Below are positions 31,289-41,324 of a stretch of DNA of 64,000 nt, in pieces. The DNA comes from Burkholderiaceae bacterium. GTDB lineage: Bacteria > Pseudomonadota > Gammaproteobacteria > Burkholderiales > Burkholderiaceae_F. Position 1 is the first letter of the stretch. Each line of letters opens with the position of its first letter. The position numbers were made by a program, and so were the translations under genes. Location: assembly GCA_036824465.1 (NCBI GenBank), contig DAITAC010000001.1, positions 31,704 to 95,703 on the forward strand, in the 5' to 3' direction. Below the pieces are notes generated by a model. It searched no databases. It was not told the DNA's origin and saw only the letters and a program-made list of their open reading frames with translations.

Positions 31289-31401
31289 TTTTCAGTTCGC
31301 CGCGACATGCGAATCCGCGTGCCGGCAGTTTGATCGGGCTCGGCTGAGCTGATTGACCGGGTGAGAGGGCGGCTTTGGTGCGCAGCGACAAGATCGTGCC
31401 G

Positions 31402-32352
31402 ATGGTTCCTGAGAACCTCGTCGTATTCACGGGCAACGCAAACCCGAAGCTCGCGCACGCCGTCGTCCAGCACATGAACATGCCGCTGGGACGCGCGACC
31501 GTATCGCGTTTCTCCGACGGCGAAGTGATGGTCGAGATCAACGAGAACGTCCGCGGCAAGGATGTGTTCGTGCTGCAGTCGACCTGCCAGCCGACCAACG
31601 ACAATCTGATGGAACTGGTAATCATGGTCGATGCGCTCAAGCGCGGCTCGGCCGGCCGAATCACCGCGGCGATTCCATACTTCGGCTACGCGCGCCAGGA
31701 TCGTCGTCCGCGTTCGGCACGCGTGGCGATCAGCGCCAAGGTGGTCGCCAACATGCTGCAGGCGGTCGGCGTGAATCGCGTACTGGTGATGGACCTGCAT
31801 GCCGACCAGATTCAGGGCTTCTTCGATATCCCGGTCGACAACATCTACGCCAGCCCGATCCTGCTCGGTGATCTATGGAAGCACAACCACGAGAACCTGA
31901 TGGTCGTATCGCCCGATGTGGGCGGTGTGGTGCGCGCCCGCGCACTGGCGAAGCGCATGGATGCTGATCTGGCGATCATCGACAAACGCCGCCCGCGCGC
32001 GAACGTCGCCGAGGTGATGCACATCATCGGGGACGTCGAAGGCCGGACCTGCGTGATCATGGACGACATGATCGACACCGCCAACACGCTGTGCCAGGCC
32101 GCCGCGGCACTGCGTGAGCACGGCGCCACCAAGGTGATGGCATATTGCACGCATCCGGTGCTGTCCGGCAAGGCGGTCGAGCGGATCATGAATTCCGTGC
32201 TCGACGAAGTGGTGGTGACCGACACGATTCCGCTGCGCGACGATGCGCGCGCATGTCCCAAGATCCGGCAGCTGTCGTGCGCCGCGCTGCTGGGTGAAAC
32301 GATTTCGCGCATTTCGCGCGAGGACTCGGTGAGCAACCTGTTCATTGAGTAG
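31402..32352 (+). CDS. prs: ribose-phosphate pyrophosphokinase
   Basis: [10 protein letters not shown] and PRPP-binding loop [12 protein letters not shown]. 316 aa from ATG 31402. Confidence 0.96.
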   Translation: MVPENLVVFTGNANPKLAHAVVQHMNMPLGRATVSRFSDGEVMVEINENVRGKDVFVLQSTCQPTNDNLMELVIMVDALKRGSAGRITAAIPYFGYARQDRRPRSARVAISAKVVANMLQAVGVNRVLVMDLHADQIQGFFDIPVDNIYASPILLGDLWKHNHENLMVVSPDVGGVVRARALAKRMDADLAIIDKRRPRANVAEVMHIIGDVEGRTCVIMDDMIDTANTLCQAAAALREHGATKVMAYCTHPVLSGKAVERIMNSVLDEVVVTDTIPLRDDARACPKIRQLSCAALLGETISRISREDSVSNLFIE

Positions 32353-32402
32353 AGCTTCCGTTGTGGCTGGTCGCGGCCCGCGGATATTTCCTGGAGAGTG
32401 AA

Positions 32403-33104
32403 ATGAAAGTAGTCGCAACCACGCGCAACACGCCGGGTACGAGTGCGAGCCGCTCCCTGCGCCGCGCGAAGCAGGTACCCGGCGTCATTTATGGCGGCAA
32501 CGGGCAGCCGGTCAACATCGCAATCGAACACAACCCGCTGTTCCACGCGCTGCGCAAGGAAAAATTCCACGCATCGATCCTCGACATGGAACTCGACGGC
32601 AGGAGTGAACGGGTGTTGCTGCGCGATTTCCAGATGCACCCATACAAGCCGCAGGTGATGCACATCGATTTTCAGCGGGTCACCGAGGACAAGCCGATTC
32701 ACATGAGCGTGCCACTGCACTTCGTGGGCCAGGAAAACTCGCCCGCGGTGAAGGAAAGCGGCGGGCTGATCAGCCACGTGCTGTCGGAAGTCGATATCGC
32801 GTGTCTGCCCAAGGACCTGCCGGCGTTCATCGAGGTCGATCTGTCGGGACTGCGCGCACACCAGACGATCCGCGTGCGCGACCTGCAATTGCCAGCCGGG
32901 GTTAGCCCCGTTCTGAAAGGCAAGGAAAATCCGGTGGTTGCCTCCGTCTCGATCAAGGGCGAGGAGATCGTTGAGGAGACAGCGGCGCCGATCGTGCCGG
33001 CCGCGGATGTTCCCGCCACCGCGCAGAAGCTGCCGCCCGCCGCAGCGGCCGCACCCGCCCCGGAGAAGAAAGGTGGCGACAAGGACAAGGAAAAGAAGAA
33101 GTAA
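32403..33104 (+). CDS. rplY: 50S ribosomal protein L25 / general stress protein Ctc
   Basis: N-terminal L25 domain (RRAKQVPGVIYGG...) with a long Ala/Pro/Lys-rich C-terminal tail. ATG 32403. Confidence 0.92.
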   Translation: MKVVATTRNTPGTSASRSLRRAKQVPGVIYGGNGQPVNIAIEHNPLFHALRKEKFHASILDMELDGRSERVLLRDFQMHPYKPQVMHIDFQRVTEDKPIHMSVPLHFVGQENSPAVKESGGLISHVLSEVDIACLPKDLPAFIEVDLSGLRAHQTIRVRDLQLPAGVSPVLKGKENPVVASVSIKGEEIVEETAAPIVPAADVPATAQKLPPAAAAAPAPEKKGGDKDKEKKK

Positions 33105-33122
33105 TCGACTCTGCTGCACAAT

Positions 33123-33160
33123 GCGGCCCGCGCGTGGCGACACCGCGGGCCGTTCTTGTT
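33123..33160 (+). terminator. rho-independent terminator after rplY
   Basis: 9-bp stem CGGCCCGCG ... CGCGGGCCG (33123-33151, 11-nt loop) followed by TTCTTGTTT. Confidence 0.65.
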
Positions 33161-33166
33161 TGAACC

Positions 33167-33781
33167 ATGATCAACACAGAGACTGCGATCCGGCTGATTG
33201 TCGGCCTCGGCAATGTCGGCGCCGAGTACGAACGCACGCGTCACAACGCCGGTTTCTGGTTCGTCGATGCGGCCGCGCGCAAGGCAGGAGTGTTTCTGGC
33301 CAACGAACGCAAGTTCCACGGCGAAGTTGCGCGCCTGAAGGACGGTGCGCGCGAATTGTGGCTGCTGAAACCCGGCACGTACATGAACCGTTCCGGTCAG
33401 GCCGTGGTCGCGCTGGCGCTTTACTACAAGATCCTGCCGACACAGATCCTCGTCGCACACGACGAGGTGGATCTACCGCCCGGGGCGGTGAAACTGAAAC
33501 GCGGCGGCGGCACTGCCGGCCACAACGGCCTGAAGGACATTCAGGGCCGACTTTCGACACCCGACTTCTGGCGTCTGCGTATTGGAGTCGGCCATCCGCG
33601 TTCGCTCAACTTGCAGCACGAAGTCGCCGACTTCGTGCTGCACCCGGCGAGCCGTGAACATCAGAGTCAGATCGACGAGTCCATCACGCGCGCACTCGAC
33701 ATCGTGCCTGCCCTCGTCGAAGGTCAGTTCGAGCGCGCGATGATGAAATTGCATTCGGCGCCGAAGGCACCGAACGCATGA
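33167..33781 (+). CDS. pth: peptidyl-tRNA hydrolase
   Basis: [25 protein letters not shown] signature. Confidence 0.95.
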   Translation: MINTETAIRLIVGLGNVGAEYERTRHNAGFWFVDAAARKAGVFLANERKFHGEVARLKDGARELWLLKPGTYMNRSGQAVVALALYYKILPTQILVAHDEVDLPPGAVKLKRGGGTAGHNGLKDIQGRLSTPDFWRLRIGVGHPRSLNLQHEVADFVLHPASREHQSQIDESITRALDIVPALVEGQFERAMMKLHSAPKAPNA

Positions 33782-34836
33782 GCTTAGGCGGCTCGTTCGT
33801 CCTGCACGCCGGTCCGCGTGCCGCCGATCATGTTCGATCGAACGGCATCGCCCCATGTGATATCGCCTGCGTCCCCGCCGCCGCGGGCGGTCCAAAGGGC
33901 CTGGCGCTGATTCCTCTCGACAGGCTCCTTTTCGGTGAGTGGCTGCGCGATGTCGAACACATTGAACTGATCGGCGCTTCGATCGGCGCATGGCGGATGG
34001 CGGCGGCGGCAACGGCTGACCCGGTCGCCGCGCTTGATCGACTGTCTGAGGGCTATGTCGCGCAGACCTATCCACGCAAGCCGACGACGAAGCACGTGAG
34101 TGACGAATGCCGCAAGCTCGCGCGCGCCGTTCTGGGAGACGCGAGGACGATCGAACCGCGCCGGGGCATCGGCTTGTCGATCATCACGACGCGCGCGCGC
34201 GGCGTACTGCAGGCGAACCGTTCGAAGGTGGCATTCGCGCGTGCGGCGCTTGCCAATACGATGTCGCGCACACAGCTCGCCGCGCACATGGAGCGCGTGA
34301 TCTTTCTCTCGCCTTTGGCCGCATTTCCAACGCGGGCACCCGATGCGTTCGGGCTGACGCGAATTGCGCTGGATGCGCACAACACCGAAGACGCGCTGCT
34401 CGCGTCGGGCTCGATCCCGCTGGTGTGCGATCCGGTGGTGAACATTGCCGGCGCGCCGCGCGGCGATTACTGCGACGGCGGGCTGATCGACTATCACCTG
34501 CTGCTGCCCTACCACGATCTCAAGGGCCTCGTGCTGTATCCGCACTTCGTGCCGCAGGTGACGCCCGGTTGGCTCGACAAGTTCCTGCCGTGGCGCAGGC
34601 ATCCGCGCGCGCATTCGTGGCTCGACAATCTTCTGCTGATTTCGCCTTCACCGGAGCTCCTGGCCCGTCTGCCAAACAGCAAGCTCCCCGATCGCAATGA
34701 CTTCCATCGGTACGGCCTTGACCATGCTGCACGCATGCGCGACTGGAAGCGTGCGATTGCCGAAAGCGAACGCTTTGCCGACGAGGTGATGGCTTGGCTC
34801 ACGCGGCCCAATCCGGCGCTGATCAGGCTGCTTTGA
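33778..34836 (+). CDS. patatin-like phospholipase family protein
   Basis: Nucleophile elbow GASIGAW (GxSxG) and catalytic Asp motif DGGLIDY. ATGA overlap with the pth stop. Confidence 0.75.
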   Translation: MSLGGSFVLHAGPRAADHVRSNGIAPCDIACVPAAAGGPKGLALIPLDRLLFGEWLRDVEHIELIGASIGAWRMAAAATADPVAALDRLSEGYVAQTYPRKPTTKHVSDECRKLARAVLGDARTIEPRRGIGLSIITTRARGVLQANRSKVAFARAALANTMSRTQLAAHMERVIFLSPLAAFPTRAPDAFGLTRIALDAHNTEDALLASGSIPLVCDPVVNIAGAPRGDYCDGGLIDYHLLLPYHDLKGLVLYPHFVPQVTPGWLDKFLPWRRHPRAHSWLDNLLLISPSPELLARLPNSKLPDRNDFHRYGLDHAARMRDWKRAIAESERFADEVMAWLTRPNPALIRLL

Positions 34837-35428
34837 GCGGCTCGGCATCCGATCGATCGCGCGGCACTGCCGCGAGGTACTCATCGAGCGTTTCGCCTTC
34901 GCCCGGTTTGACCATCGTGAAGAGCCGGTGCGAACGGTCGCCGAGAACAAATCCGTCGCGCCGCTTCACTTCGACATAACCCTGGCGGCGCCAGAACGCG
35001 TGTCCACGTTGGTTGCACTCGACCACCCCCAGCCGCAGCCAGCGCGCGCCGTGCCGGAACGCAAATTCCTCGTAGGCGTCATACAGACGCTGCGCAATCC
35101 CGGTGCCGATCCGCGGCGTAGCCACCATGAAGAAACCCAGGTGAAACACGCCGGGCGCCATCAGATCGATCGCGCAGGCGACATGCCCCATCAGTTCGCC
35201 GCTCGCCGCATCGCGGACGATGAACCAAGGGTCGTCACGGTAGCTCATGTCTGAAGGCGGATGCTCATCGAACGCGCGCTGCGCGTCGTCGGGCGGCGGC
35301 GGATGTCCGTGCGTGAGCAGCCAGTACTCGGGGTTGGCCTCGTTAAAGGCCTGTATCTCAGCGGTCTCGGCACGCGTTGCCAACCGCACCTGGAACTCGG
35401 CAGTCGTAAAACCGTCGGCCGCGCTCAT
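34823..35428 (-). CDS. GNAT family N-acetyltransferase
   Basis: Acetyl-CoA binding motif PRIGTGIAQRLY...FWRRQGY. Confidence 0.8.
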   Translation of the reverse strand: MSAADGFTTAEFQVRLATRAETAEIQAFNEANPEYWLLTHGHPPPPDDAQRAFDEHPPSDMSYRDDPWFIVRDAASGELMGHVACAIDLMAPGVFHLGFFMVATPRIGTGIAQRLYDAYEEFAFRHGARWLRLGVVECNQRGHAFWRRQGYVEVKRRDGFVLGDRSHRLFTMVKPGEGETLDEYLAAVPRDRSDAEPLKAA

Positions 35429-35877
35429 GCGAGCTCAAGCGCCATGACCAATTCACTGTCGGCTTCCGCGCCCGTGTACCGAAAACCGAGCGATTGATAG
35501 AAGCGGCCGAGCGCTTCGGCCTGCTTCACATGCGATGCCAGCAGGCGTCGCGCGCCCGGCCTGGTACGCACATGCTCGACGAGCCGTCGCACCGCGTCGC
35601 GCCCGTAGCCCTTGCCCTGCTGCGATGAGTCGATCATCAATCGCCACAGGAAGAAGTCCGGATCGTCCGGTTGCGGCGCCAATGTCGGGTCGTACAGCAT
35701 GATGAAGCCTGCGAGCGTTTCTCCGGCGTAGATCGCACGAAACCAGGCCTCCGGACAGAAATGGGCCTGCGCAATTGAAACCGCATTCGGCGCAACCTGC
35801 GCACCGCCGTCGCCGGCGTCGAGCTTGCACACGGCGCGCACGGTTTCCTTCGTGATTTCACGCAGGGTGACGTTCAT
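35425..35877 (-). CDS. GNAT family N-acetyltransferase
   Basis: QQGKGYGRDAVRRLVEH...FYQSLGFRYTG. Start moved to ATG 35877 (MNVTLREITKE); 4-nt overlap with the downstream GNAT gene. Confidence 0.8.
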   Translation of the reverse strand: MNVTLREITKETVRAVCKLDAGDGGAQVAPNAVSIAQAHFCPEAWFRAIYAGETLAGFIMLYDPTLAPQPDDPDFFLWRLMIDSSQQGKGYGRDAVRRLVEHVRTRPGARRLLASHVKQAEALGRFYQSLGFRYTGAEADSELVMALELA

Positions 35878-35956
35878 GCGGTGCGCGTGCTCGGATTCAT
35901 TCCGCTTGCGATAATCGCATGTTTGCGCCGGACGGCGCGGGAATCGAAGGCTTTCC

Positions 35957-37051
35957 ATGGCATTGAAATGCGGCATCGTCGGTCTGCCCAACGTCGGCAA
36001 ATCGACCCTCTTCAACGCGCTGACCAAAGCGGGCATCGCGGCCGAGAACTATCCGTTCTGCACGATCGAGCCGAACGTCGGCATCGTCGAAGTGCCCGAC
36101 CCGCGCCTGGGCGCGCTGGCAAGGATCGCCAAACCGGAGAAGGTGATCGCCGCCACCGTCGAGTTCGTCGACATCGCTGGCCTGGTTGCCGGCGCGAGCA
36201 AGGGCGAAGGCCTGGGCAACCAGTTCCTTGCCAACATCCGTGAGTGCGACGCGATCGCGCACATCGTGCGCTGCTTCGAAGACCCAAACATCATTCACGT
36301 CACGGGCAAGGTCGATCCGCTGTCCGACATTGAGGTCATCAACACCGAACTTGCGCTTGCCGATCTGGCCGCCGCCGAGAAGCAGCTCGCCAAGTACAGC
36401 AAGGTCGCCAAGAGCGGCGGCGACAAGGAAGCCAAGCGGCTGGTCGATGCGCTGGAGAAGATCATGCCGGTCCTGAACGAAGCCAGGCCCGTGCGCAGCG
36501 TCGATCTGTACGCGGAGGAGAAGGCGGTGCTGCAACCACTGTTCCTGCTCACGATGAAACCGACCATGTATGCCGCCAACGTCGAGGAGCATGGCTTCGT
36601 AGACAACCCGCTGCTCGATCTGGTGAAGTCACACGCGGCAAAGGAAGGTGCGCCCGTGGTCGCGGTCTGCGCAAAGGTGGAGGCCGAGATCGCTGATCTG
36701 TCGGACGCCGACAAGGAAGTGTTCCTCACCGACATGGGCATGACGGAGCCAGGACTGAATCGAATGATCCGTGCCGGGTACACGCTGCTTGGGTTGCAGA
36801 CCTACTTTACCGCCGGTCCCAAGGAAGTGCGCGCATGGACCGTCGTAAAAGGCGCGACCGCGCCGCAGGCAGCCGGTGTGATTCACACTGACTTTGAAAA
36901 AGGATTCATCCGCGCCGAGACGATCGCATTCGACGATTACGTTAAGTTCAACGGCGAGGCCGGCTGCAAGGAAGCGGGCCGGATGCGACTGGAGGGAAGG
37001 GAATACGTCGTGCGCGATGGCGACGTGATGCACTTCCGCTTCAACGTCTGA
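35957..37051 (+). CDS. ychF: redox-regulated ATPase YchF
   Basis: [23 protein letters not shown] and C-terminal TGS-like ...[13 protein letters not shown]. Confidence 0.97.
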   Translation: MALKCGIVGLPNVGKSTLFNALTKAGIAAENYPFCTIEPNVGIVEVPDPRLGALARIAKPEKVIAATVEFVDIAGLVAGASKGEGLGNQFLANIRECDAIAHIVRCFEDPNIIHVTGKVDPLSDIEVINTELALADLAAAEKQLAKYSKVAKSGGDKEAKRLVDALEKIMPVLNEARPVRSVDLYAEEKAVLQPLFLLTMKPTMYAANVEEHGFVDNPLLDLVKSHAAKEGAPVVAVCAKVEAEIADLSDADKEVFLTDMGMTEPGLNRMIRAGYTLLGLQTYFTAGPKEVRAWTVVKGATAPQAAGVIHTDFEKGFIRAETIAFDDYVKFNGEAGCKEAGRMRLEGREYVVRDGDVMHFRFNV

Positions 37052-37228
37052 CTGCACGATAGCGATGATCCGGCTGGCGGTCGTTGAGTGGCGAATGACG
37101 GAAACGATCCGGATCGCAATTCCCGTGACCGGCGACGCCACCGGCGCGCGTTCAGTGCCACCGATCCCGCGGCCTGATCGAAGCACACGGCATCCGTGCG
37201 GCATTGAGAGACACGCCGCTTCCGCCTG

Positions 37229-38695
37229 ATGGACGAAGCCGCTGCCCGCAATGCAATTCTGGTGCGCGCGTGGGAGACCCAGGAGCCCGCGCCGCCGCAC
37301 TGGAGCGACGAGGATCGCGCATGGGCCAGCCGCGCGGCCGCCACGATTGAAGGCGAGCATGCGACGGCAGAGGTCTTCGTCGCGCGCCGCGCCGCGCTCG
37401 CAGTCGAGCGACTGGGCGGGCGCGAGCCCGGCTTGCGTCGCGTTCTTGCCGCCATGACGTGGCGGCCGTGGGTCGGCTGGGCGCTTGCGCTGCTGGCACT
37501 GGCCTCAGGGTTTGTCAGCGACGCGATAGGTACCGGCCAGCGCGTGAACATCCTTGCGCCGCCGCTGCTCGCGGTGATCGTCTGGAACCTTGCGGTCTAT
37601 GTCGGCTTGGCAGCGCACGGCGCTGCGCGCCTGGTGCGTCGGCGGCCACCCGCGCCCGGTCCACTGGCACGCGCGCTCGGCCAGTTCGCGCACGCATGCG
37701 CTTCGGGCGAGCTGATCGACCACGCAACGCGGCCGTCTGCCGCGTTCCTGCGTGATTGGATGCGCGCGAGCGCGCCGCTGACGGCGGCGCGAGTGGGACG
37801 CGTGCTGCATGTTGCCGCGTTCGCCTTTGCGCTGGGCGCGCTGGGCGGTCTTTACCTGCGCGGCCTTGCTCTCGAATATCGCGCCGGCTGGCAAAGCACG
37901 TTTCTCGGCGTTGAACACGTGCACACCCTGATCAGCATATTGCTGGGTCCAGCGTCAACCCTGACGGGCATCCCGATCGCCGATCAAGCACGGCTCGCCT
38001 CGATCCGCTTTCCTGCCGGCCCCGGCGAGAACGCCGCGCCCTGGATCCATCTGTACGGCACGACCGTGGCGCTGGCCGTCCTTGTGCCACGCCTGTTGCT
38101 TGCGCTCGTAGGCCGCTGGCGCGAGGTGCGCATGGCACGGCGCTTTCCGCTGGCACTCGACGATGGGTACTTCCGGCGACTCGTGCGCGCGCACCGCGGC
38201 GAAGCCAGCGCCGTGCACGTGCTGCCCTACGCAATTGAACTCGCGCCGCAGGCTACGCTGGCGCTCCACGCGCTGCTGACCAAGGTTTGCGGCGCTGGGA
38301 CGCAGGTCAGCGTGGCGGCGACGACGCAATTCGGCGGCGAGGACGCACTCCCCGCGGACCCGCCGCCCTCCCGCTCGCCTTCGCTGGTAGCCGCGTTATT
38401 TGCGCTGACGGCAACGCCCGAGTCGGAGAACCACGGCGCGTTCATCAATTCAGTCCGGAAACACATGCCCGTCTGGACTCCGCTCATCGTGCTGGTTGAG
38501 GAATCCGCGTTTCGCAAGCGCTTTGGGGCCACCCCCGGGCGTATTGACGAGCGACGGGCGGCGTGGAATCACATGCTTGCCGCCATCGGCCACGAGCCGG
38601 CGTTCATCGATCTGCTGGCGTCGGATCTGGACTCCGCCGAGCTTGCGCTAAGCGCCGCGCTCGACCGCACCGGCACGGCCGCGATACCCGCATGA
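37229..38695 (+). CDS. DUF2868-like integral membrane protein (function unknown)
   Basis: 488 aa. Soluble N-terminal about 80 aa, then at least 4 hydrophobic segments (WVGWALALLALASGFV, LLAVIVWNLAVYVGLAA, VLHVAAFAFALGALGGLYL, LYGTTVALAVLVPRLLLALVG), then a soluble C-terminal domain. Family name recalled from the typical pairing with DUF3482 GTPases, not searched. Confidence 0.6.
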   Translation: MDEAAARNAILVRAWETQEPAPPHWSDEDRAWASRAAATIEGEHATAEVFVARRAALAVERLGGREPGLRRVLAAMTWRPWVGWALALLALASGFVSDAIGTGQRVNILAPPLLAVIVWNLAVYVGLAAHGAARLVRRRPPAPGPLARALGQFAHACASGELIDHATRPSAAFLRDWMRASAPLTAARVGRVLHVAAFAFALGALGGLYLRGLALEYRAGWQSTFLGVEHVHTLISILLGPASTLTGIPIADQARLASIRFPAGPGENAAPWIHLYGTTVALAVLVPRLLLALVGRWREVRMARRFPLALDDGYFRRLVRAHRGEASAVHVLPYAIELAPQATLALHALLTKVCGAGTQVSVAATTQFGGEDALPADPPPSRSPSLVAALFALTATPESENHGAFINSVRKHMPVWTPLIVLVEESAFRKRFGATPGRIDERRAAWNHMLAAIGHEPAFIDLLASDLDSAELALSAALDRTGTAAIPA

Positions 38696-40185
38696 ACGAC
38701 GCACCACAGACAATTGCGCTGAGTCTCGTGTCGCACACGAACGCGGGCAAGACCACCCTTGCGCGCACGCTGCTTGTTCGCGATGTCGGCGAGGTGCGCG
38801 ACGAGCCGCACGTGACGGAAGCGGCCGAGCCGTTCACGCTGATGGAAACGATCGCAGGAGACCGTCTCGTGCTGTGGGATACGCCGGGCTTCGGTGACAG
38901 CTTGCGGCTCGCGAACCGGCTGGAACGAGCGGCCAGCCCGATCGGCTGGCTGCTTGCCGAAGTGTGGGACCGCTACCGCGATCGCCCGTTCTGGTCAAGC
39001 CAGCAGGCGGTGCGCAACGTGCGCGAGCAAGCCGACGTCGTGCTGTACCTGGTCAACGCGGCCGAAGACCCGCGCACGGCCGCGTACGTCGGCCCCGAGA
39101 TGCGCATACTTGATTGGATCGGCAAGCCGGTTGTCGTGCTGCTGAACCAGCTTGGCACGCCACGCGCGGTCGCGGAAGAAGAAGCGGACGCGCAGCGCTG
39201 GAAGGCGCAACTGGCCGGTGTGGGTTACCCACACGACGTACTGCCGCTCGATGCGTTTGCGCGCTGCTGGGTACAGGAAGCAGCGCTGTTCAGCACGGTG
39301 GAGCCGCTGTTGCCGGCGGACAAGCGCGCGGCGTTTGCGCGGCTGCGCCAGATGTGGCTCGCAGCGAGACGAAGGACATTCGAGTCGGCGATGGAGGTGC
39401 TCGCCCAGCGCCTCGTGCGCGCGGCGACCGACAGCGAGCCACTGCCCGACGACGGTCTGCGCGGCCGCTTACGAGAAGTCGGCACTGCGCTGGGGATCGG
39501 CCGCAACTCCACCGAGTCGCCGCGACAGGCGGCAATGCAGCGGCTGGCCGAGCGGCTCGACGCCGACGTGCGCACCACCACCGACGAACTGGTCACCCTT
39601 CACGGCCTGTCGGGCCAGGCGCGCAGCGAGATTCAAGCGCGGCTGGCGGAGCACTATGCGATGCATACCCCCATCAGTGAAGGCAAGGCGGCGCTGGTCG
39701 GCGGCGCAATGACCGGCGCGGTGGCGGGGCTGAAAGCCGATCTCGCCACCGGCGGCATGAGTTTCGGCGCCGGACTGCTGACCGGCAGCGTGCTGGGCGC
39801 GCTTGGCGCGGCCGGTCTGGCTCGCGGTTACAACCTCGTGCGCGGCACAACAACGGCATCCGTCACGTGGTCCGATGCCACGCTCGACCAGGTCGCCCGC
39901 TCTGCCGTGCTCGCGTATCTGGCGGTGGCGCACTACGGCCGCGGCCGCGGTGACTGGGAGCAGACCGAACACCCCGCGCATTGGCAGACCACGGTTGACG
40001 CCGCACTCGGAGCGCGGCGCGAGACGCTTGCTCATCTGTGGTCGATGCGCGTCGACGCCGATTCCACCGATTACCGCGCGGCGCTGTCCTTGGAGCTGGG
40101 CGATGCCATGCGCGAGGTGCTGGCGCAGTTGTATCCAGCAGCGCACATCGATGCCATGCTGCCGGCGCGCGAGGCGCGTCCGTAG
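38692..40185 (+). CDS. GTPase with C-terminal DUF3482-like membrane region (function unknown)
   Basis: P-loop SHTNAGKTTLARTLL, G3 WDTPGFGDS, LNQLG in the G4 position. Gly-zipper hydrophobic stretch GGAMTGAVAGLKADLATGGMSFGAGLLTGSVLGALGAAGLARG. ATGA overlap with the upstream gene (38692-38695). Confidence 0.65.
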   Translation: MNDAPQTIALSLVSHTNAGKTTLARTLLVRDVGEVRDEPHVTEAAEPFTLMETIAGDRLVLWDTPGFGDSLRLANRLERAASPIGWLLAEVWDRYRDRPFWSSQQAVRNVREQADVVLYLVNAAEDPRTAAYVGPEMRILDWIGKPVVVLLNQLGTPRAVAEEEADAQRWKAQLAGVGYPHDVLPLDAFARCWVQEAALFSTVEPLLPADKRAAFARLRQMWLAARRRTFESAMEVLAQRLVRAATDSEPLPDDGLRGRLREVGTALGIGRNSTESPRQAAMQRLAERLDADVRTTTDELVTLHGLSGQARSEIQARLAEHYAMHTPISEGKAALVGGAMTGAVAGLKADLATGGMSFGAGLLTGSVLGALGAAGLARGYNLVRGTTTASVTWSDATLDQVARSAVLAYLAVAHYGRGRGDWEQTEHPAHWQTTVDAALGARRETLAHLWSMRVDADSTDYRAALSLELGDAMREVLAQLYPAAHIDAMLPAREARP

Positions 40186-40276
40186 CGCATGGTTAGCAGG
40201 TGCGTTGACGGCGGAGGGGGCGCGCGATCGTGTCGATCATGCCGGTAACGACGCTTGGGCGGAACAATACCCCCGC

Positions 40277-41179
40277 TCACCTGTCGGTGCTGCCCGCGAT
40301 ACGGTCGAACTGCGCGCTGAACCAGCGCTCCGTGAATCCGCCGATGAAGCACAGCGCCAGATCGAACGCCGGCGTGACATTGCCGAGATTGACCAGACCC
40401 GATTGCAGAAAGAACGCAATCGGGATCGCGACTGCAGCGCCGACGAATGGGCGCACGATCGTCAACGTCCAGCCGCCACGCAGCTCGTTCGCTTGAACCG
40501 CGACTTCAGGCCGCAGCAGACCGAATACGACGCTTAACAATCCGCCGAAATATCCGAACAGCATGCCGTTGACCAGCATCATCGCGAGCGTGGCTTCGAC
40601 GTCATCGTGCAGGACCCACTCGAAGCCGCCGGCGAGCGCCCAGCCGCTGCAGAACAGGATCGCGACAATCAGCGGCACCGCCAGCGCATTGATCTGACGT
40701 CGCACCAGTTCGACCCGGTAGTGCTGTTGTCGTCGCGCGGCATGCACGTTGCCCATCAACGTCTGCAAAGTCGCCACCGTTGGCACGCCATCATCGCCGC
40801 CCGCCAGCGCTCGCGCGGCTTCGCGGCGCCATGGAACAAGCATGGCGCTGCTTTCGGCCCGATACACCGCGAGTGCGGCGCGGCGCTCGGTCTCATCCAT
40901 CGTCGCGACGAGTTCGCGCTCAACCTGATACAGGCAGTCGTACGCCACCAGCCGCGATTTTGCGCGCGCCGCCTCACGCGCACCCTGAAGCAAAGCCTCG
41001 CAGCGATCCAACATCGCGGCCGTTTCAGCGGTTGGCGTGTCGATCCGGTCGCGCGTGGCACGGATCGCCCGCGCGGCATCCACCAGTGCCGCATGCAACC
41101 GCTGCTGGTTGGCGTTGCGGGTTGCCGCGCCCATGCTATCGGTCAGGATTTCAGGCCGCTTTCTGTCATCGTTCGTCAT
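40277..41179 (-). CDS. hypothetical membrane protein (helical cytoplasmic N-domain + about 4 TM C-domain)
   Basis: 300 aa from ATG 41179. The N-terminal about 170 aa are Ala/Arg/Glu-rich and helical. C-terminal hydrophobic segments include ALAVPLIVAILFCSGWALAGGF, LAMMLVNGMLFGYFGGLLSVVFGLL, LTIVRPFVGAAVAIPIAFFL and AFDLALCFIGGF. I recognise no family. Confidence 0.5.
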   Translation of the reverse strand: MTNDDRKRPEILTDSMGAATRNANQQRLHAALVDAARAIRATRDRIDTPTAETAAMLDRCEALLQGAREAARAKSRLVAYDCLYQVERELVATMDETERRAALAVYRAESSAMLVPWRREAARALAGGDDGVPTVATLQTLMGNVHAARRQQHYRVELVRRQINALAVPLIVAILFCSGWALAGGFEWVLHDDVEATLAMMLVNGMLFGYFGGLLSVVFGLLRPEVAVQANELRGGWTLTIVRPFVGAAVAIPIAFFLQSGLVNLGNVTPAFDLALCFIGGFTERWFSAQFDRIAGSTDR

Positions 41180-41324
41180 CGATCGCCCGTTTGCGGAGCC
41201 GGCCAGCAGGGTTCCCCGCTGCTCATAGCATAGCTTCGCGCTCAATCACTCCCGCAATTGACGCCATCCCAGATCCTCATCGCCGTTGCCGCGCTTGCCG
41301 CACGCCACCTCTACACTTACGTCC

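Noticed and set aside
31212-31400. tRNA-Gln as an integration site for a genomic island.
   Set aside because: No integrase is present, I noticed no repeat of the tRNA 3' end downstream, and the flanking genes (ispE, prs) are the conserved housekeeping neighbours.
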